A DNA stretch of 64,000 nt from a virus (Duplodnaviria > Caudoviricetes): IMG/VR virus record IMGVR_UViG_3300021964_010723; one strand, written 5' to 3'. Shown piece after piece: positions 1 to 11,247 of the stretch (positions are counted from its first letter, which is position 1; every line of letters starts with the position of its first letter). The translations under genes and the position numbers were made by a program. Below the pieces are notes generated by a model that saw only the letters and a list, made by a program, of their open reading frames with translations, was not told where the DNA came from and did not search any database.

Positions 1-3000
1 GTAAAAGAAACAACATTTGATGATAACAATACTATTTTCGATAATAATTTTACAAAAATATCTTATACTGTTGTTGACACAGGTGTAATCCATTTTTATT
101 CATACATTTTAGATAAATTTGTGTATAGTAATAATATATCCTATGAAGACGGTGTTAATAAAATATACCAAATAGGAGATAGTTTTATTTTGCATAATAA
201 CTCTTTATTTTTAGGGGTTAATAATTCATTAAATGGGCAGTCCATTGGCAATGTGATCCAATTTGATAAAGGAACTAATGATTTATATAATGTTCTTAGA
301 GAAATAAAACCTCCTGTCGATGTTAGTAAAATTAAGAAGATTACACTATATGATAAGAGAAAAAATAAAGTAATAACAAATTTAGATTTTATAGATCCAT
401 TGCAAGGAAAAATACCTGGACCTGCAGAACAAAATATTACCTATAAACTTTTGTATGACCCTGCAATTTATAATGTAGGAAATCTAAATATAGACCAAAC
501 AATGGCTTGGAATAAAGATCAAGTTGGACACTTATGGTGGGATTTAAGTAATGTAAAATATTATTATCCATATGTAGGAGATGTTGAATTTTCAGCAAAT
601 TATTGGGGTAAACTTTTTCCTACTCATTCAATAGATATTTATGAATGGGTTGAGTCAGATGTGTTGCCTGAGGTTTGGGATGAATTGACAGGAACTGTTG
701 ATGGTATAGCTGTTGGTATTTCTGGCACAACAAAATATGGTAGTAGTTCATATTCTACAGGAAGGGTGTATGATAATGTGGCTGGGGCTTTTTTTAATCA
801 ATACTTTTTTTGGGTAAAAAATAAAACATCTATACCGCAGCTAGATAATAGAAGTTTAAGTTCAGTACAAGTGTCTAATCTTATTAAAGATCCACTCGGA
901 CAGGACTATCCTTTCATTAGTTTTATTAGTGAAAATGCATTTTCTTGTTATAATTTAGAAAAATATTTAAATGATGACAATGTAATAATTAGCTTCCAAA
1001 TTTACAACGATGCTAAGGTCAAAGATATAAATCAGCATTTACAGTATAAGCTAATTACTGAAAATGATGCACTAAGCTTGCCGAATACACAGATAGAGCA
1101 AAAATGGATTGATAGTTTAGTTGGTTATGATCTATATGGTAGATCTGTTCCAGATCCTTCAGTAAGTGTAAAATATAGATATGGGGTTTTAGATAATCCA
1201 AGGCAAGGAATGTTCAAAAATAGACAAGAAGCATTAAAACAATATATTGAATATATTAATTTAAAATTAAAGTCTACTTTGATAAAAGATAACAAGAATT
1301 TAATAAATTTATATTCTGCTGATGAATATCCAGCAGAAATGCTTAATTTATATGATATTGCAGTAGATTTGCGTACTGATTTAGATAACATAGGTATAGC
1401 TAAGGCAGAGCAAGCTGAAATATCCTTAAAAATTGTAAACGGGATTGTGATAGATTTTACTATTCTACAAGCTGGTAGAGGGTATTTAGTAAAACCTACT
1501 TACGTAGTTATTGGTAAAGGTGAAGGATTAGAAATAGATTATGATTTAAATTCTTTGGGAGGTATTACAAATTTTAGAATTATTAGTGGAGGTGTAAATT
1601 ATAATGAAGGTACATACATAATAATTAGAAAATTTACTGCACTAGTTAAAACTGATGAATCTATACTAGGTAAATGGGCGCTTTATGAAAGAAATTATAA
1701 AGATAACGATTGGGTAAGGATACAAAGCCAAGGATATAATACTTCTTTATATTGGAATTTTATAGATTGGTACGCCAACGGCTTTAGTTCTGATACCAGA
1801 ATAAATTACGCAATAGATTATGCATATGAACTTACTTCTTTGACGGATAATATTAATGATATAATAAAAATTTCAAATATTGGAGATGGTGGTTGGTTGT
1901 TGCTCCGAAAAATTAACAATTTAAATGATGTTGATTATACCGTCAACTATGAAACAGTTGGTCGACAAAACGGAACAATACAGTTTTCTAGAAGATTGTA
2001 TGATCCTAATGTTGCATTTATTAATTTTGATCTAATCAGTTACGATACGAATTTTTATGATAGTATACCAAGTTTAGAAATTAGAGAAATTGCTAAAGCA
2101 ATTAAAAATGATATTTTTATAGATGATTTAGCAATAGAATATAATAAATTGTTTTTTACAACATTGAGATATGTACTAAGCGAACAATTAAATGTTGATT
2201 GGCTATTCAAAACTAATTTTTTAAAAATAGTACATAATGTAGGAGAGTTAAAACAAGAAATAAATTTTAAAAATGATAATTTAGAAAGTTATGAAGACTA
2301 TGTAAAAGAAGTTAAGCCTTACAAAGTAAAAATTAGAGAATTTGTAAGTTCATATGAAAAGGTAGATGATGTATTTGGAAAAATAGAAGATTTTGATTTA
2401 CCTCCGAGGTATGATAGTGTAGAAAACAAAATAGTACCTTGGAAAATTACTGCTTTCTCAGACGGGTTGTATAATGACGGAATTATAAAAACAAATCCAT
2501 ATAAAAGTTGGTTAGATAATTGCACTTATGAAGTGGTTGCTATAGAAATACACGACGGAGGTTTTGGATATAGTATTCCTCCTGTGTTAAGGTTTGAAGG
2601 AGGCGGCGGCAATGGATGTATTGCAAAAGCTAGAATTGGAGATAATGGTTCTTTAGTAACGGTTGATATAATTAATAAAGGATCTGGGTATTTTTCAGCG
2701 CCTAAATTAATTATAGACGGATCTATAGGAGAAACAGGTCGTCATGCTAGAGCAAGTGTAATTTTAGGTAATGGCTTACCTAGATCAATCTTTACCAATA
2801 TTAAATTTGATAGAAATTCAAAAAAGTATGAAATTTTATCTTTACAAACTACAGAAAGCTTTATAGGAACAGGATCAAAATATATTTTTGATTTATTATG
2901 GCCGTTATCACTAAACAGTAAAAACATTAAAGTCATTGTTGATGGTCAAACTTTGTTAAAAAGTGAATACACTTATCAAAATATATTAAATAACAAAAAA

Positions 3001-6000
3001 AAGTATGTTGGACAAATTATTTTTACATATCCATTAGCAAATTATAGTATTATTCAAATTAATTATTTTAAAGACGCAATGTTGCTTAAAGCACAAGATA
3101 GGATAAACCTTTTGTATACTGCTTCACAAGGACAGTACGGTAATGATTTAGCTTTACTTATGGACGGTGTAGATTACGGGGGAGTAGAAGTAAAAAGTTT
3201 TGAATTTGGAACATATAGCGGTTGGGATACTAGTGGTTATCTAGCAAATACTTATGATACATATGATGAGAATTATAATGATACATTTTATCGTATTCCT
3301 GTACATTTGTTAGATATAGATGTGATAGATTATAAAGTTCATGTCAATTTTATTAATATTGCAAATGCAATTAACGCAATAGTCAAGGGCGATAGCACAG
3401 CAATTTTAAAATATCAAAGATTTATAGAAATTTTTAGTGTAGATCAATTAGGTAATGCACTTGATGATTATTTAGACGGTAGCAGTATTTTAAATATTTT
3501 AGATGAATTAGTAGAAGTAATAGACGAAGATGGAAATATTAATTTAGTTTCCGCATTGACTTTCAAAAGTGCAGATCAATTCCAAAAATATGCAATAGGA
3601 ACAGCAGATAGTCTTACAGCAATAACTAATATAGAATTGCAAATTATACCTAAATTAGTGACATTATCGTTAGTTGATGTAAATCAATTGTTAGTAGAAG
3701 GTATTTTAGAAAATTTAATTGTTAAATTTGCGAAACCGTTAGAAAATAATATTTCGTATAATATTTACTATAATAATATACGAATAGATGATCCTAATTA
3801 CATTGATGATCTTACACCTGTTGATAATCCTAATGCTACAATGGCAACTATTATTGGAGATGGAATAACACAATCTGTCAATGTAGAAAATTTAAATATA
3901 GTTCCTAATACAGATGACATTATTATTATTAGGAGCGCATATAGCGATGGTAGTTTTTTACCTACTGATTTAGATTATGATACTTTATTATTAGGCGGAA
4001 ATACTGATTACAGTAATGCTAAAGGTATTAATGCTGAAGATATTATTGTTGACGGAGATAATTTTGTTACACCATTAAATTCAAAAGGTCCTGAAGAGCT
4101 TGTGCCTGGATTAATTAAAGATTCGGTTAGTATAACAGTATATGAAAGACCCACAGCAGGTACAAGCAACATTGTAAGTAGAAACTATATTGGAAATGGG
4201 AACACAACATTGTTTTCTATAGATTTTAGCCCAATAACTGAGTTAACTGTTTTTGTAAAAGTTAATAGAGAACTTAAAAAAATAAATGAAGATTATACAG
4301 TTGATTTTAGGAATCAAAACATATTATTTATAACTGCTCCTCCTGCACATTCTAAAATTAATATTACAACTTTAGACTATAGTGGCTCTAATATTTTAGA
4401 TGTTGATACAATTACAATAGAAGAAAGTTTAGGAACATTTATTGTAAATGCAAGATGGGAAGAAAATCTAAGTAGTCAAGTATCTGTTAACGGACAATTT
4501 TTACCATATGAGCTTGTCAAGGCAGATACAGAATTTTACGATAGTTCAAATAATATTTTAATTAAATTTGCAAATCCTTTACCAGTGGGTTCAGTCTTGC
4601 AATATTTGATTTTATCAGGAGAAGAACAAAGTTACAGTACAGTTTATGTAGATGAATTTATTGCAGATGGTAGTACAAATACTTTTACTTTAGCACAAGC
4701 TCCTTTTAGGCAAAGACCATTAGAATGGCATACAATGGTAATTGTTAATGATAAATTGCTAAATCCTGGTTATGTGGAAACTTTTATTACTACAGATAAT
4801 TTAGAGTATAAATTAAAATTGTATCAAGTTCCAGTTGCTTCAGTAAGTTCTAAGAACATTAGAGTCTTTTTAAATGGTAGTGAATTAGAGTTATTAACAG
4901 AATGGACATTCCTAGCAGCTGATTCATATGACTTGTTATTAGATGCTGATGAACAATTTGGTAGTGCTGTTTTAATCAAAAGAGGAGTAAGTCAACCTGG
5001 AGATATTTTAAAAGTTTATATAAATGCGTGGGATGATAGCACTGATTCAGGCGGAGACTACAAATTTGGGTATTATGAAGATGAAATTTTTGTAGAAACT
5101 CCTGATACTGTAACTATAAATTTCGATTTGAATATTAGCGATAAAGTTAAAATTTATCAATTTAGTAATCATAATACACAAGACATCGATTGGCAAAGTT
5201 TTGATGTAACAGAAAGAACAAGATTAAGTCCTGGAGTTAACCAAATATCTGCAATTAGGCGGGTCACAAGTACATTTGTTTTAGAATTAGATTTTGAACT
5301 TAATGCAAATCTTTATTATGCTGTTTATAGAAATGGCACAAGAATAGATGACAAAGAATATGGCACACCTAACGCTACAAATCCAAATGCAGAAATTCAA
5401 ACTCTGACAGGCAATGCTACATATACATTAAATTTATTTGATTATGGTATACAGGCAAATGAAGGAGATGTGTTTAAAATAGTTGAATTAGGAAGTAGTA
5501 TTACATTGGATACAGGAGCGGCAGATTGGTATGAACTTAGACAGTTAAGAAATGGCATTATACCACTAAACAAAACAGCAATTGATGATCAATTTGTCTG
5601 GGTAGCAATAAATGGAGTATTGTTGGATCCTAGTGTAGATTATTACGTTATGCAAGATAATATGCATGTAAGATTAAACAATCCTTTACAAGAAAATGAT
5701 AATATCCAAGTAGTACATTTTAGTAATAGTTTACAAAAAAATAAATTTGGGTGGATTCAGTTTAATGATATATTAAATAAAACACATTATTTTTCATTAG
5801 ATGGCAAGCAAAATATTAAATTAGCTAAAGATTTGTATTGGTATGATAAAATAATTGAGGTAGTTGACGGCAGTCTTTTACCTCAGCCTGAAACAAATAG
5901 TAAATATCCCGGTGTTGTGCTGATTCAAGGAGAAAGAATTGAGTTTCGTTTGAGAAACGGTAATATTTTAAGTCAATTAAAAAGAGGAACATTAGGCACT

Positions 6001-6438
6001 GGAGTAAAGGATGTGTATCCCGCTGGTTTAGAAATTTATAATCAAAGTGTAGATATGGTTTTGCCTTATAAAGATGAAACGCTTATTACTAGTTTTATAA
6101 GTGATGGGCAAACAAAAGATTTTAATTTAGATTTTGTAGCTAATAGTATAAATGAATTTGAAGTATTTGTAGCCGGTAGAAGGTTAAGAAAAACAGAAAT
6201 ACCGCAATATAACATAGAATTAGGACAAAATTCGCCCAATGCAGATGTTTTAATACCTGCAGAATTTGCATTAGATAACAATATGTTAAATTTATTGGAA
6301 ATACCACCAATAAATCAAAAAATAATGGTTGTAAGAAAAATAGGTAAATTATGGACTGACCCAGGTGTAAGATTAAGTGATAGTGGTAATAATATATCTA
6401 AAAAAATACAATCTGTGCAGGCAGACTTGCCAAGATAA
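1..6438 (+). CDS. Very large virion structural protein (baseplate/tail-associated), 5'-truncated
   Basis: Frame is open from base 1 (VKETTFDDNN...), so the gene begins upstream of the window. Beta-rich repeated modules (F-x-G-D-G-x-T-x-x-F type); sits next to fibre genes. Confidence 0.7.
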   Translation, partial: VKETTFDDNNTIFDNNFTKISYTVVDTGVIHFYSYILDKFVYSNNISYEDGVNKIYQIGDSFILHNNSLFLGVNNSLNGQSIGNVIQFDKGTNDLYNVLREIKPPVDVSKIKKITLYDKRKNKVITNLDFIDPLQGKIPGPAEQNITYKLLYDPAIYNVGNLNIDQTMAWNKDQVGHLWWDLSNVKYYYPYVGDVEFSANYWGKLFPTHSIDIYEWVESDVLPEVWDELTGTVDGIAVGISGTTKYGSSSYSTGRVYDNVAGAFFNQYFFWVKNKTSIPQLDNRSLSSVQVSNLIKDPLGQDYPFISFISENAFSCYNLEKYLNDDNVIISFQIYNDAKVKDINQHLQYKLITENDALSLPNTQIEQKWIDSLVGYDLYGRSVPDPSVSVKYRYGVLDNPRQGMFKNRQEALKQYIEYINLKLKSTLIKDNKNLINLYSADEYPAEMLNLYDIAVDLRTDLDNIGIAKAEQAEISLKIVNGIVIDFTILQAGRGYLVKPTYVVIGKGEGLEIDYDLNSLGGITNFRIISGGVNYNEGTYIIIRKFTALVKTDESILGKWALYERNYKDNDWVRIQSQGYNTSLYWNFIDWYANGFSSDTRINYAIDYAYELTSLTDNINDIIKISNIGDGGWLLLRKINNLNDVDYTVNYETVGRQNGTIQFSRRLYDPNVAFINFDLISYDTNFYDSIPSLEIREIAKAIKNDIFIDDLAIEYNKLFFTTLRYVLSEQLNVDWLFKTNFLKIVHNVGELKQEINFKNDNLESYEDYVKEVKPYKVKIREFVSSYEKVDDVFGKIEDFDLPPRYDSVENKIVPWKITAFSDGLYNDGIIKTNPYKSWLDNCTYEVVAIEIHDGGFGYSIPPVLRFEGGGGNGCIAKARIGDNGSLVTVDIINKGSGYFSAPKLIIDGSIGETGRHARASVILGNGLPRSIFTNIKFDRNSKKYEILSLQTTESFIGTGSKYIFDLLWPLSLNSKNIKVIVDGQTLLKSEYTYQNILNNKKKYVGQIIFTYPLANYSIIQINYFKDAMLLKAQDRINLLYTASQGQYGNDLALLMDGVDYGGVEVKSFEFGTYSGWDTSGYLANTYDTYDENYNDTFYRIPVHLLDIDVIDYKVHVNFINIANAINAIVKGDSTAILKYQRFIEIFSVDQLGNALDDYLDGSSILNILDELVEVIDEDGNINLVSALTFKSADQFQKYAIGTADSLTAITNIELQIIPKLVTLSLVDVNQLLVEGILENLIVKFAKPLENNISYNIYYNNIRIDDPNYIDDLTPVDNPNATMATIIGDGITQSVNVENLNIVPNTDDIIIIRSAYSDGSFLPTDLDYDTLLLGGNTDYSNAKGINAEDIIVDGDNFVTPLNSKGPEELVPGLIKDSVSITVYERPTAGTSNIVSRNYIGNGNTTLFSIDFSPITELTVFVKVNRELKKINEDYTVDFRNQNILFITAPPAHSKINITTLDYSGSNILDVDTITIEESLGTFIVNARWEENLSSQVSVNGQFLPYELVKADTEFYDSSNNILIKFANPLPVGSVLQYLILSGEEQSYSTVYVDEFIADGSTNTFTLAQAPFRQRPLEWHTMVIVNDKLLNPGYVETFITTDNLEYKLKLYQVPVASVSSKNIRVFLNGSELELLTEWTFLAADSYDLLLDADEQFGSAVLIKRGVSQPGDILKVYINAWDDSTDSGGDYKFGYYEDEIFVETPDTVTINFDLNISDKVKIYQFSNHNTQDIDWQSFDVTERTRLSPGVNQISAIRRVTSTFVLELDFELNANLYYAVYRNGTRIDDKEYGTPNATNPNAEIQTLTGNATYTLNLFDYGIQANEGDVFKIVELGSSITLDTGAADWYELRQLRNGIIPLNKTAIDDQFVWVAINGVLLDPSVDYYVMQDNMHVRLNNPLQENDNIQVVHFSNSLQKNKFGWIQFNDILNKTHYFSLDGKQNIKLAKDLYWYDKIIEVVDGSLLPQPETNSKYPGVVLIQGERIEFRLRNGNILSQLKRGTLGTGVKDVYPAGLEIYNQSVDMVLPYKDETLITSFISDGQTKDFNLDFVANSINEFEVFVAGRRLRKTEIPQYNIELGQNSPNADVLIPAEFALDNNMLNLLEIPPINQKIMVVRKIGKLWTDPGVRLSDSGNNISKKIQSVQADLPR

Positions 6439-6441
6439 ATA
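6434..6441 (+). promoter_or_regulatory. Putative T4-like late promoter (GATAAATA)
   Basis: TAAATA core overlapping the upstream stop, 17 nt before ATG 6459; resembles T4 TATAAATA. Confidence 0.45.
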
Positions 6442-6458
6442 ACTTAGTAGGATAAAAT

Positions 6459-7073
6459 ATGATTGATAAAATTAATGATAAAAGTGGAACTTTAATACAA
6501 GGGCATATAAAAATATTTGACCCTGAGACGCATAAAATTTTTGTTAATAAACGAAATGCTATACATTATGAAAATATGAGTATAGCAATGGCGCAGTCGT
6601 TAAGCAATTCAGGTACTGGATTTATTTACTCAATGGGGTTTGGTAATGGCGGGACAAGTGTTGATCCTACAGGTATAATTACATATTTGAGTCCAAATAG
6701 TACAGGAATAAATGCAAGTTTATATAATCAAACTTTTGAAAAGATAGTAGATGATCGCAATGTAAATAATGTTGATCCATTTAGAAATAAAACTGAAGTA
6801 AGGCATGTAAGTGGGACTAATTACACAGATATACTTGTGACATGTTTGTTAGATTATGGAGAGCCTGCAGGACAAGATGCTTTTGACACCGCATTAAGTA
6901 CAGAGGATTTATATGTTTTTGATGAGTTAGGATTAAAAAGTTATGATACAAACCAAGAAACTATGTTATTAACACATGTTTTATTCCATCCTGTGCAAAA
7001 AAGTTTAAATAGACTAATTCAAATAGATTATACAGTAAGAATACAAAGCCTGTCCGGCGTTCTTGGAGAATAA
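6459..7073 (+). CDS. Phage structural protein (baseplate/tail-fibre associated)
   Basis: 204 aa ORF between structural genes; GNGG turn and ELGL motif resemble tail-fibre-associated proteins. Confidence 0.55.
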   Translation: MIDKINDKSGTLIQGHIKIFDPETHKIFVNKRNAIHYENMSIAMAQSLSNSGTGFIYSMGFGNGGTSVDPTGIITYLSPNSTGINASLYNQTFEKIVDDRNVNNVDPFRNKTEVRHVSGTNYTDILVTCLLDYGEPAGQDAFDTALSTEDLYVFDELGLKSYDTNQETMLLTHVLFHPVQKSLNRLIQIDYTVRIQSLSGVLGE

Positions 7074-7076
7074 TAA

Positions 7077-9176
7077 ATGCCTTATCAAATAAATTTTACA
7101 GATGTAGATAATAAATTAGGTATTGTAATAGAAGATGCTACTATTAATCAAGAAACGTCTTTAAAATTACCTGGAAAAAATACAACTGCGTATGGTACTA
7201 TTATAGCAGAAAATTTTTTACACTTACTAGAAAATTTTGCAGCGACATCTGCTCCGTCTACCCCAGTTGAAGGTCAAATATGGTATGATTCTAACCCTGA
7301 CATAGAACAATTAATGGTATATAATGGTGTAAATTGGATACCAGTTAATGGTGTTAATAAATCTATTAATGCTCCGACACTAAAACAAGAAGGAGATTTA
7401 TGGATTGACAGAGAAAATTTACAATTATATATGTATACAGATGCAGGTGGTTGGATTCTAATTGGGCCAGAATACAGTGGAGGAGTTATAACTGGTGCCA
7501 CTCCTAAGGTTGTATTAGGTATAGATGACAAAACTTATAATATATTACAAATAGATGTAAATGGTATACCTGCAGCTTGTATATCAAATAAAGAATTTAC
7601 GCCAAAAGCAAGAATTGATGGATTTGTAACTTTAAAACCTGGAATAAATTTAAGCACAGCAGCGTTACCGGGAGAAAATAAATTAAAATATAACGGCGTT
7701 GCAGAAAAAGCAGAAAATTTAATTATTGGACAAGAAGTTATTGAAGCAGCTAACTTTTTAAGAGGAAACGCAGTAAGTTCAACTAGTTATAAATTAAATG
7801 TTTTAAATAATGATGGTATTGCTTATGGCAGGAATTCAGAATTAACAATTGGTATAGAAGGAACAATAGGGATAATAAAGCATAATGTGGCAGGATCTGC
7901 TATAGATGTCAAAGTTAAAAATGAAGGTATCTTTAAAACTTTGATGCGTTATGATAGTTCTATGAAAGTTGGAATAGGTAAAGATAACCCTGATACAGAA
8001 TTAGATGTTAATGGTGATGTAACTATTACAGTTCCGGTAGACGATGCTTCTAAAGGTAAATTTATTGTCACTAGCACACACGATAGCACACAGATAAGTA
8101 ACGGATCAATAGTTACTGCTGGAGGAATCGGAATTGCGTTAAATGCATCAATCGGTGGCAATTTATACATGAATACCAGCAATAGTAGTACGATTGTAGT
8201 TGATAAAATTTTACCTAATACAGATGCAGATGACATTATCGGTACTGAAAGCACTTATATAGGACAACCTAGTCTACGGTATGAAGGTATTTATTCAAAG
8301 AGATTTTATGGAGATTTAACTGGGACTGTTACAGGATCTGTAACAGGTAGATCAGGTTCAGCAAATAAATTAGCTAAAGCGTCTAGTTTTAAATTTATAG
8401 GCGATGTAGGATTATTAAACAGTACTGCTGTTGAAGAAGGCGTTATAAATTTTACAGGTCAAGGCGAGTTAATCGAATTTGTAACAGAACTAAATCGTGA
8501 TGTTGTAAATGCAAAAAATGAAGTTATAACAACTCAAGTTGATGACGAATTGTTATTGGCTAGGGTTAGAGATGACATTGGTTTGAAAAAAATTACAGTA
8601 GGAAATTTATTATCAAGTGTTCCTGTTATGCCAATTGGCACAGTTGTTCCATATGCAGGAGATGTTGCTCCTACAGGATGGTTGTTGTGTAACGGGCAAG
8701 AAGTTCAAACAGTTGATTACCAAGAATTGTATAGCATAATAGGTTATAGATATAAAGCTGTTGAACTTGTAAAGGTAGGGTTTTTTGCAGTTCCTGACTT
8801 GCGAGGTAGAGTTGCTTTAGGTTTGCATAATATGGGTAATTTAGAGCCTAATGAGATTGTAACAGATGATCCTAATGCTGCAGTTTTAGGAGGAAAAGGT
8901 GGTGCTGATGAAGTTGTATTACAAGAATTAAATCTTCCAGATCACAAGCACGACTTATATTATAATGATACACAATTTTATGCAACAGCCCGTAAAGAGT
9001 TTGAAATTATAGATGAGCAAGTAGAAAATTATCATTTCTATGAACAACAAACAGAGTTTACAGGAGTCGCATTGAAAAATACACAAGGTGTTAAAACTGA
9101 AAACATTCTTAGCACTCCGGTGGATATTTTAAATCCATTCTTAACTTTAAATTATATTATATATGCAGGAAATTAA
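7077..9176 (+). CDS. Tail fibre protein with tail-collar domain
   Basis: MPIGTVVPYAGDVAPTGWLLCNGQ...PDLRGRVALG (~8628-8823) is the tail collar signature. N-terminal domain shared with the next two ORFs. Confidence 0.8.
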   Translation: MPYQINFTDVDNKLGIVIEDATINQETSLKLPGKNTTAYGTIIAENFLHLLENFAATSAPSTPVEGQIWYDSNPDIEQLMVYNGVNWIPVNGVNKSINAPTLKQEGDLWIDRENLQLYMYTDAGGWILIGPEYSGGVITGATPKVVLGIDDKTYNILQIDVNGIPAACISNKEFTPKARIDGFVTLKPGINLSTAALPGENKLKYNGVAEKAENLIIGQEVIEAANFLRGNAVSSTSYKLNVLNNDGIAYGRNSELTIGIEGTIGIIKHNVAGSAIDVKVKNEGIFKTLMRYDSSMKVGIGKDNPDTELDVNGDVTITVPVDDASKGKFIVTSTHDSTQISNGSIVTAGGIGIALNASIGGNLYMNTSNSSTIVVDKILPNTDADDIIGTESTYIGQPSLRYEGIYSKRFYGDLTGTVTGSVTGRSGSANKLAKASSFKFIGDVGLLNSTAVEEGVINFTGQGELIEFVTELNRDVVNAKNEVITTQVDDELLLARVRDDIGLKKITVGNLLSSVPVMPIGTVVPYAGDVAPTGWLLCNGQEVQTVDYQELYSIIGYRYKAVELVKVGFFAVPDLRGRVALGLHNMGNLEPNEIVTDDPNAAVLGGKGGADEVVLQELNLPDHKHDLYYNDTQFYATARKEFEIIDEQVENYHFYEQQTEFTGVALKNTQGVKTENILSTPVDILNPFLTLNYIIYAGN

Positions 9177-11207
9177 ATGAGTTATCGGATCAATCGTACA
9201 GATGGAGAATTATTAGTAGATCTTATTGACGGCGTCATAGATACTAGTTCAACAGATATTACATTAATTGGAAGAAATTATAAAGGATTTGGTGAGTGGA
9301 TAAACGAAAACTTTGTTAAAATTTTAGAAAATTTTGCAAGCACAAATTCTCCGCCGCATCCGTTGACAGGGCAATTATGGTACGACAAACAGGATGAAAG
9401 ACTAAAAATTTTTAACGGTACAACGTTCCGTTCTGCTACTGGTACTATAGTAAATAGTTTACAACCTACTAATCTAGTTGCTGGAGATATTTGGATTGAT
9501 AATGAAAATAACAGATTGTATTTGTATGATGGTAGCGAATTAACTCTAGTAGGCCCTACATATGATGCAGGGCAAGGTAAAACTGGATTTGAATCAGTAA
9601 GTCAAGTTGATATTAATAATATTACAAGAACAATATTAAAATTATTTCTAGGAGGTGTTCTTGTTGGTATATATTCTCCTGCAGAATTTATTGTTCCAAT
9701 TTCTTTTGCTATTCCAGGCTTTAATGTTTGGAGTGAAGATACACAAACACCTAAAAGGCAAAAATTATATAAAGGTTTTAATATAGCAAATACAGATGCC
9801 GAAACTGGAACAAATGGATTTTGGTATAGAGGAACGAGTGTTAATTCAAAATATTTGCTAGATGATTCGGGGGTTCAAAAAAGTGTAGTAAATTTCCTGC
9901 CTACTGATAATAATGGCGTAACTACTGGATATATTAACATTAAAAATAGTCAAGGATTAATTATAGGAGTTGGAGATAGACCCTTTATTAATACAAAAAT
10001 ATTAGGCTCGACTACTACTATGGACAATTTAGAAGTTGACGCTAATTTTGGTATACGAGTAAAAACGTCTCAATATGCAAATAGTTTTGTAAGTGCTATG
10101 TTTATAGATAGTTCAACGTATACATTAAAGTTTTGGTCAAATCTTCCCCCTTTTGATACAGTAGGTGCTCCTAGACCTAATATTACGTCTCATTCTGATA
10201 TGACTTTAGATGGTAATATGACCATAGGTGGCAAACTTACTGTTGGTGGTGAAGTTACTTATGTCAGTTCTGAAGATCTACGAATAAAAGATAAAACAAT
10301 AGAGCTTGCAATTAGTGAAAATGCTGTTATTGGAGATGATTCGGCAATAGTAGGCGGTGGAATTATTCTTAGAAGTTCCGACGGAGATAAAGAATTTCTG
10401 TTTCAATTAGATGGTAATAGTGGACACGGATCATGGACAATAAACCAAAATTTAGAGTTAACAAGCACAGTAGCTAATTCTAATCCATCTTATAAGATAG
10501 ATGGAAAACTTGTTTTGTCTAATGACGAGCTGCATCCTGTTGTTACAAAAGCGTCTGGTTTAAATGAAATCGGAACATTGATTGAGTTAAACGTAGATAA
10601 TGTTAATATTGACAGTGCAACTATAAGTAGGCAAAATGGCATTGGTCTTGTTATAGATGCAAATGGAACTGCCCAAACTGCTGGAACGGTAAGCTTTGCA
10701 ACTCATAATAGATTAACAGATTTGGCTGATCCTGTTAATTTAAAGGACGGTGCTAATAAAGAATATGTTGATAGGGCAGTCGATGGTAAAGAAATACTTT
10801 TATCCTTAGATATCAACGGATTAATAGCTGCAGGTGATCCTGATTATACACCTTTTTACGCAGCAACTATTGATAATGTACGGACAGTTTTAGAATACAT
10901 GGTGCCTATAGAAGAATCGTTGCCAGGACAAAATGTTAAGATAATGGCTACACGAATTAGAGAGATAGTAGCGGTATTTCCAATTACAGTGTCTGAAGAA
11001 GAGACTGCTGTATTACAAAAATCACGAGTTACTGTAAGGAATTTTGATAATTCTGGCACGGTTGCAGTTGTGCAAGATATTGTAGCTAATCCTGCATATT
11101 CAGGTTCTACAACTAATATAGAATTTACTGTAGATCGATTTGTTTATAAATTTCAAAGTGACGGAAGTTATTGGAATAGCACAGGAGTAGATAGGATAGT
11201 TGTGTGA
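9177..11207 (+). CDS. Tail fibre-like protein (paralog)
   Basis: N-terminal LIGRNYKGFGEWINENFVKILENFAS...GQLWYD matches 7077 and 11248; Gly/Thr-rich beta body. Confidence 0.65.
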   Translation: MSYRINRTDGELLVDLIDGVIDTSSTDITLIGRNYKGFGEWINENFVKILENFASTNSPPHPLTGQLWYDKQDERLKIFNGTTFRSATGTIVNSLQPTNLVAGDIWIDNENNRLYLYDGSELTLVGPTYDAGQGKTGFESVSQVDINNITRTILKLFLGGVLVGIYSPAEFIVPISFAIPGFNVWSEDTQTPKRQKLYKGFNIANTDAETGTNGFWYRGTSVNSKYLLDDSGVQKSVVNFLPTDNNGVTTGYINIKNSQGLIIGVGDRPFINTKILGSTTTMDNLEVDANFGIRVKTSQYANSFVSAMFIDSSTYTLKFWSNLPPFDTVGAPRPNITSHSDMTLDGNMTIGGKLTVGGEVTYVSSEDLRIKDKTIELAISENAVIGDDSAIVGGGIILRSSDGDKEFLFQLDGNSGHGSWTINQNLELTSTVANSNPSYKIDGKLVLSNDELHPVVTKASGLNEIGTLIELNVDNVNIDSATISRQNGIGLVIDANGTAQTAGTVSFATHNRLTDLADPVNLKDGANKEYVDRAVDGKEILLSLDINGLIAAGDPDYTPFYAATIDNVRTVLEYMVPIEESLPGQNVKIMATRIREIVAVFPITVSEEETAVLQKSRVTVRNFDNSGTVAVVQDIVANPAYSGSTTNIEFTVDRFVYKFQSDGSYWNSTGVDRIVV

Positions 11208-11212
11208 AATAC

Positions 11213-11220
11213 GGTAAATA
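11213..11220 (+). promoter_or_regulatory. Putative late promoter (GGTAAATA)
   Basis: TAAATA core in the 40-nt gap, followed by AGGGGTG SD-like site and ATG 11248. Confidence 0.45.
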
Positions 11221-11247
11221 CAACTAACACATTTAGGGGTGATATGA

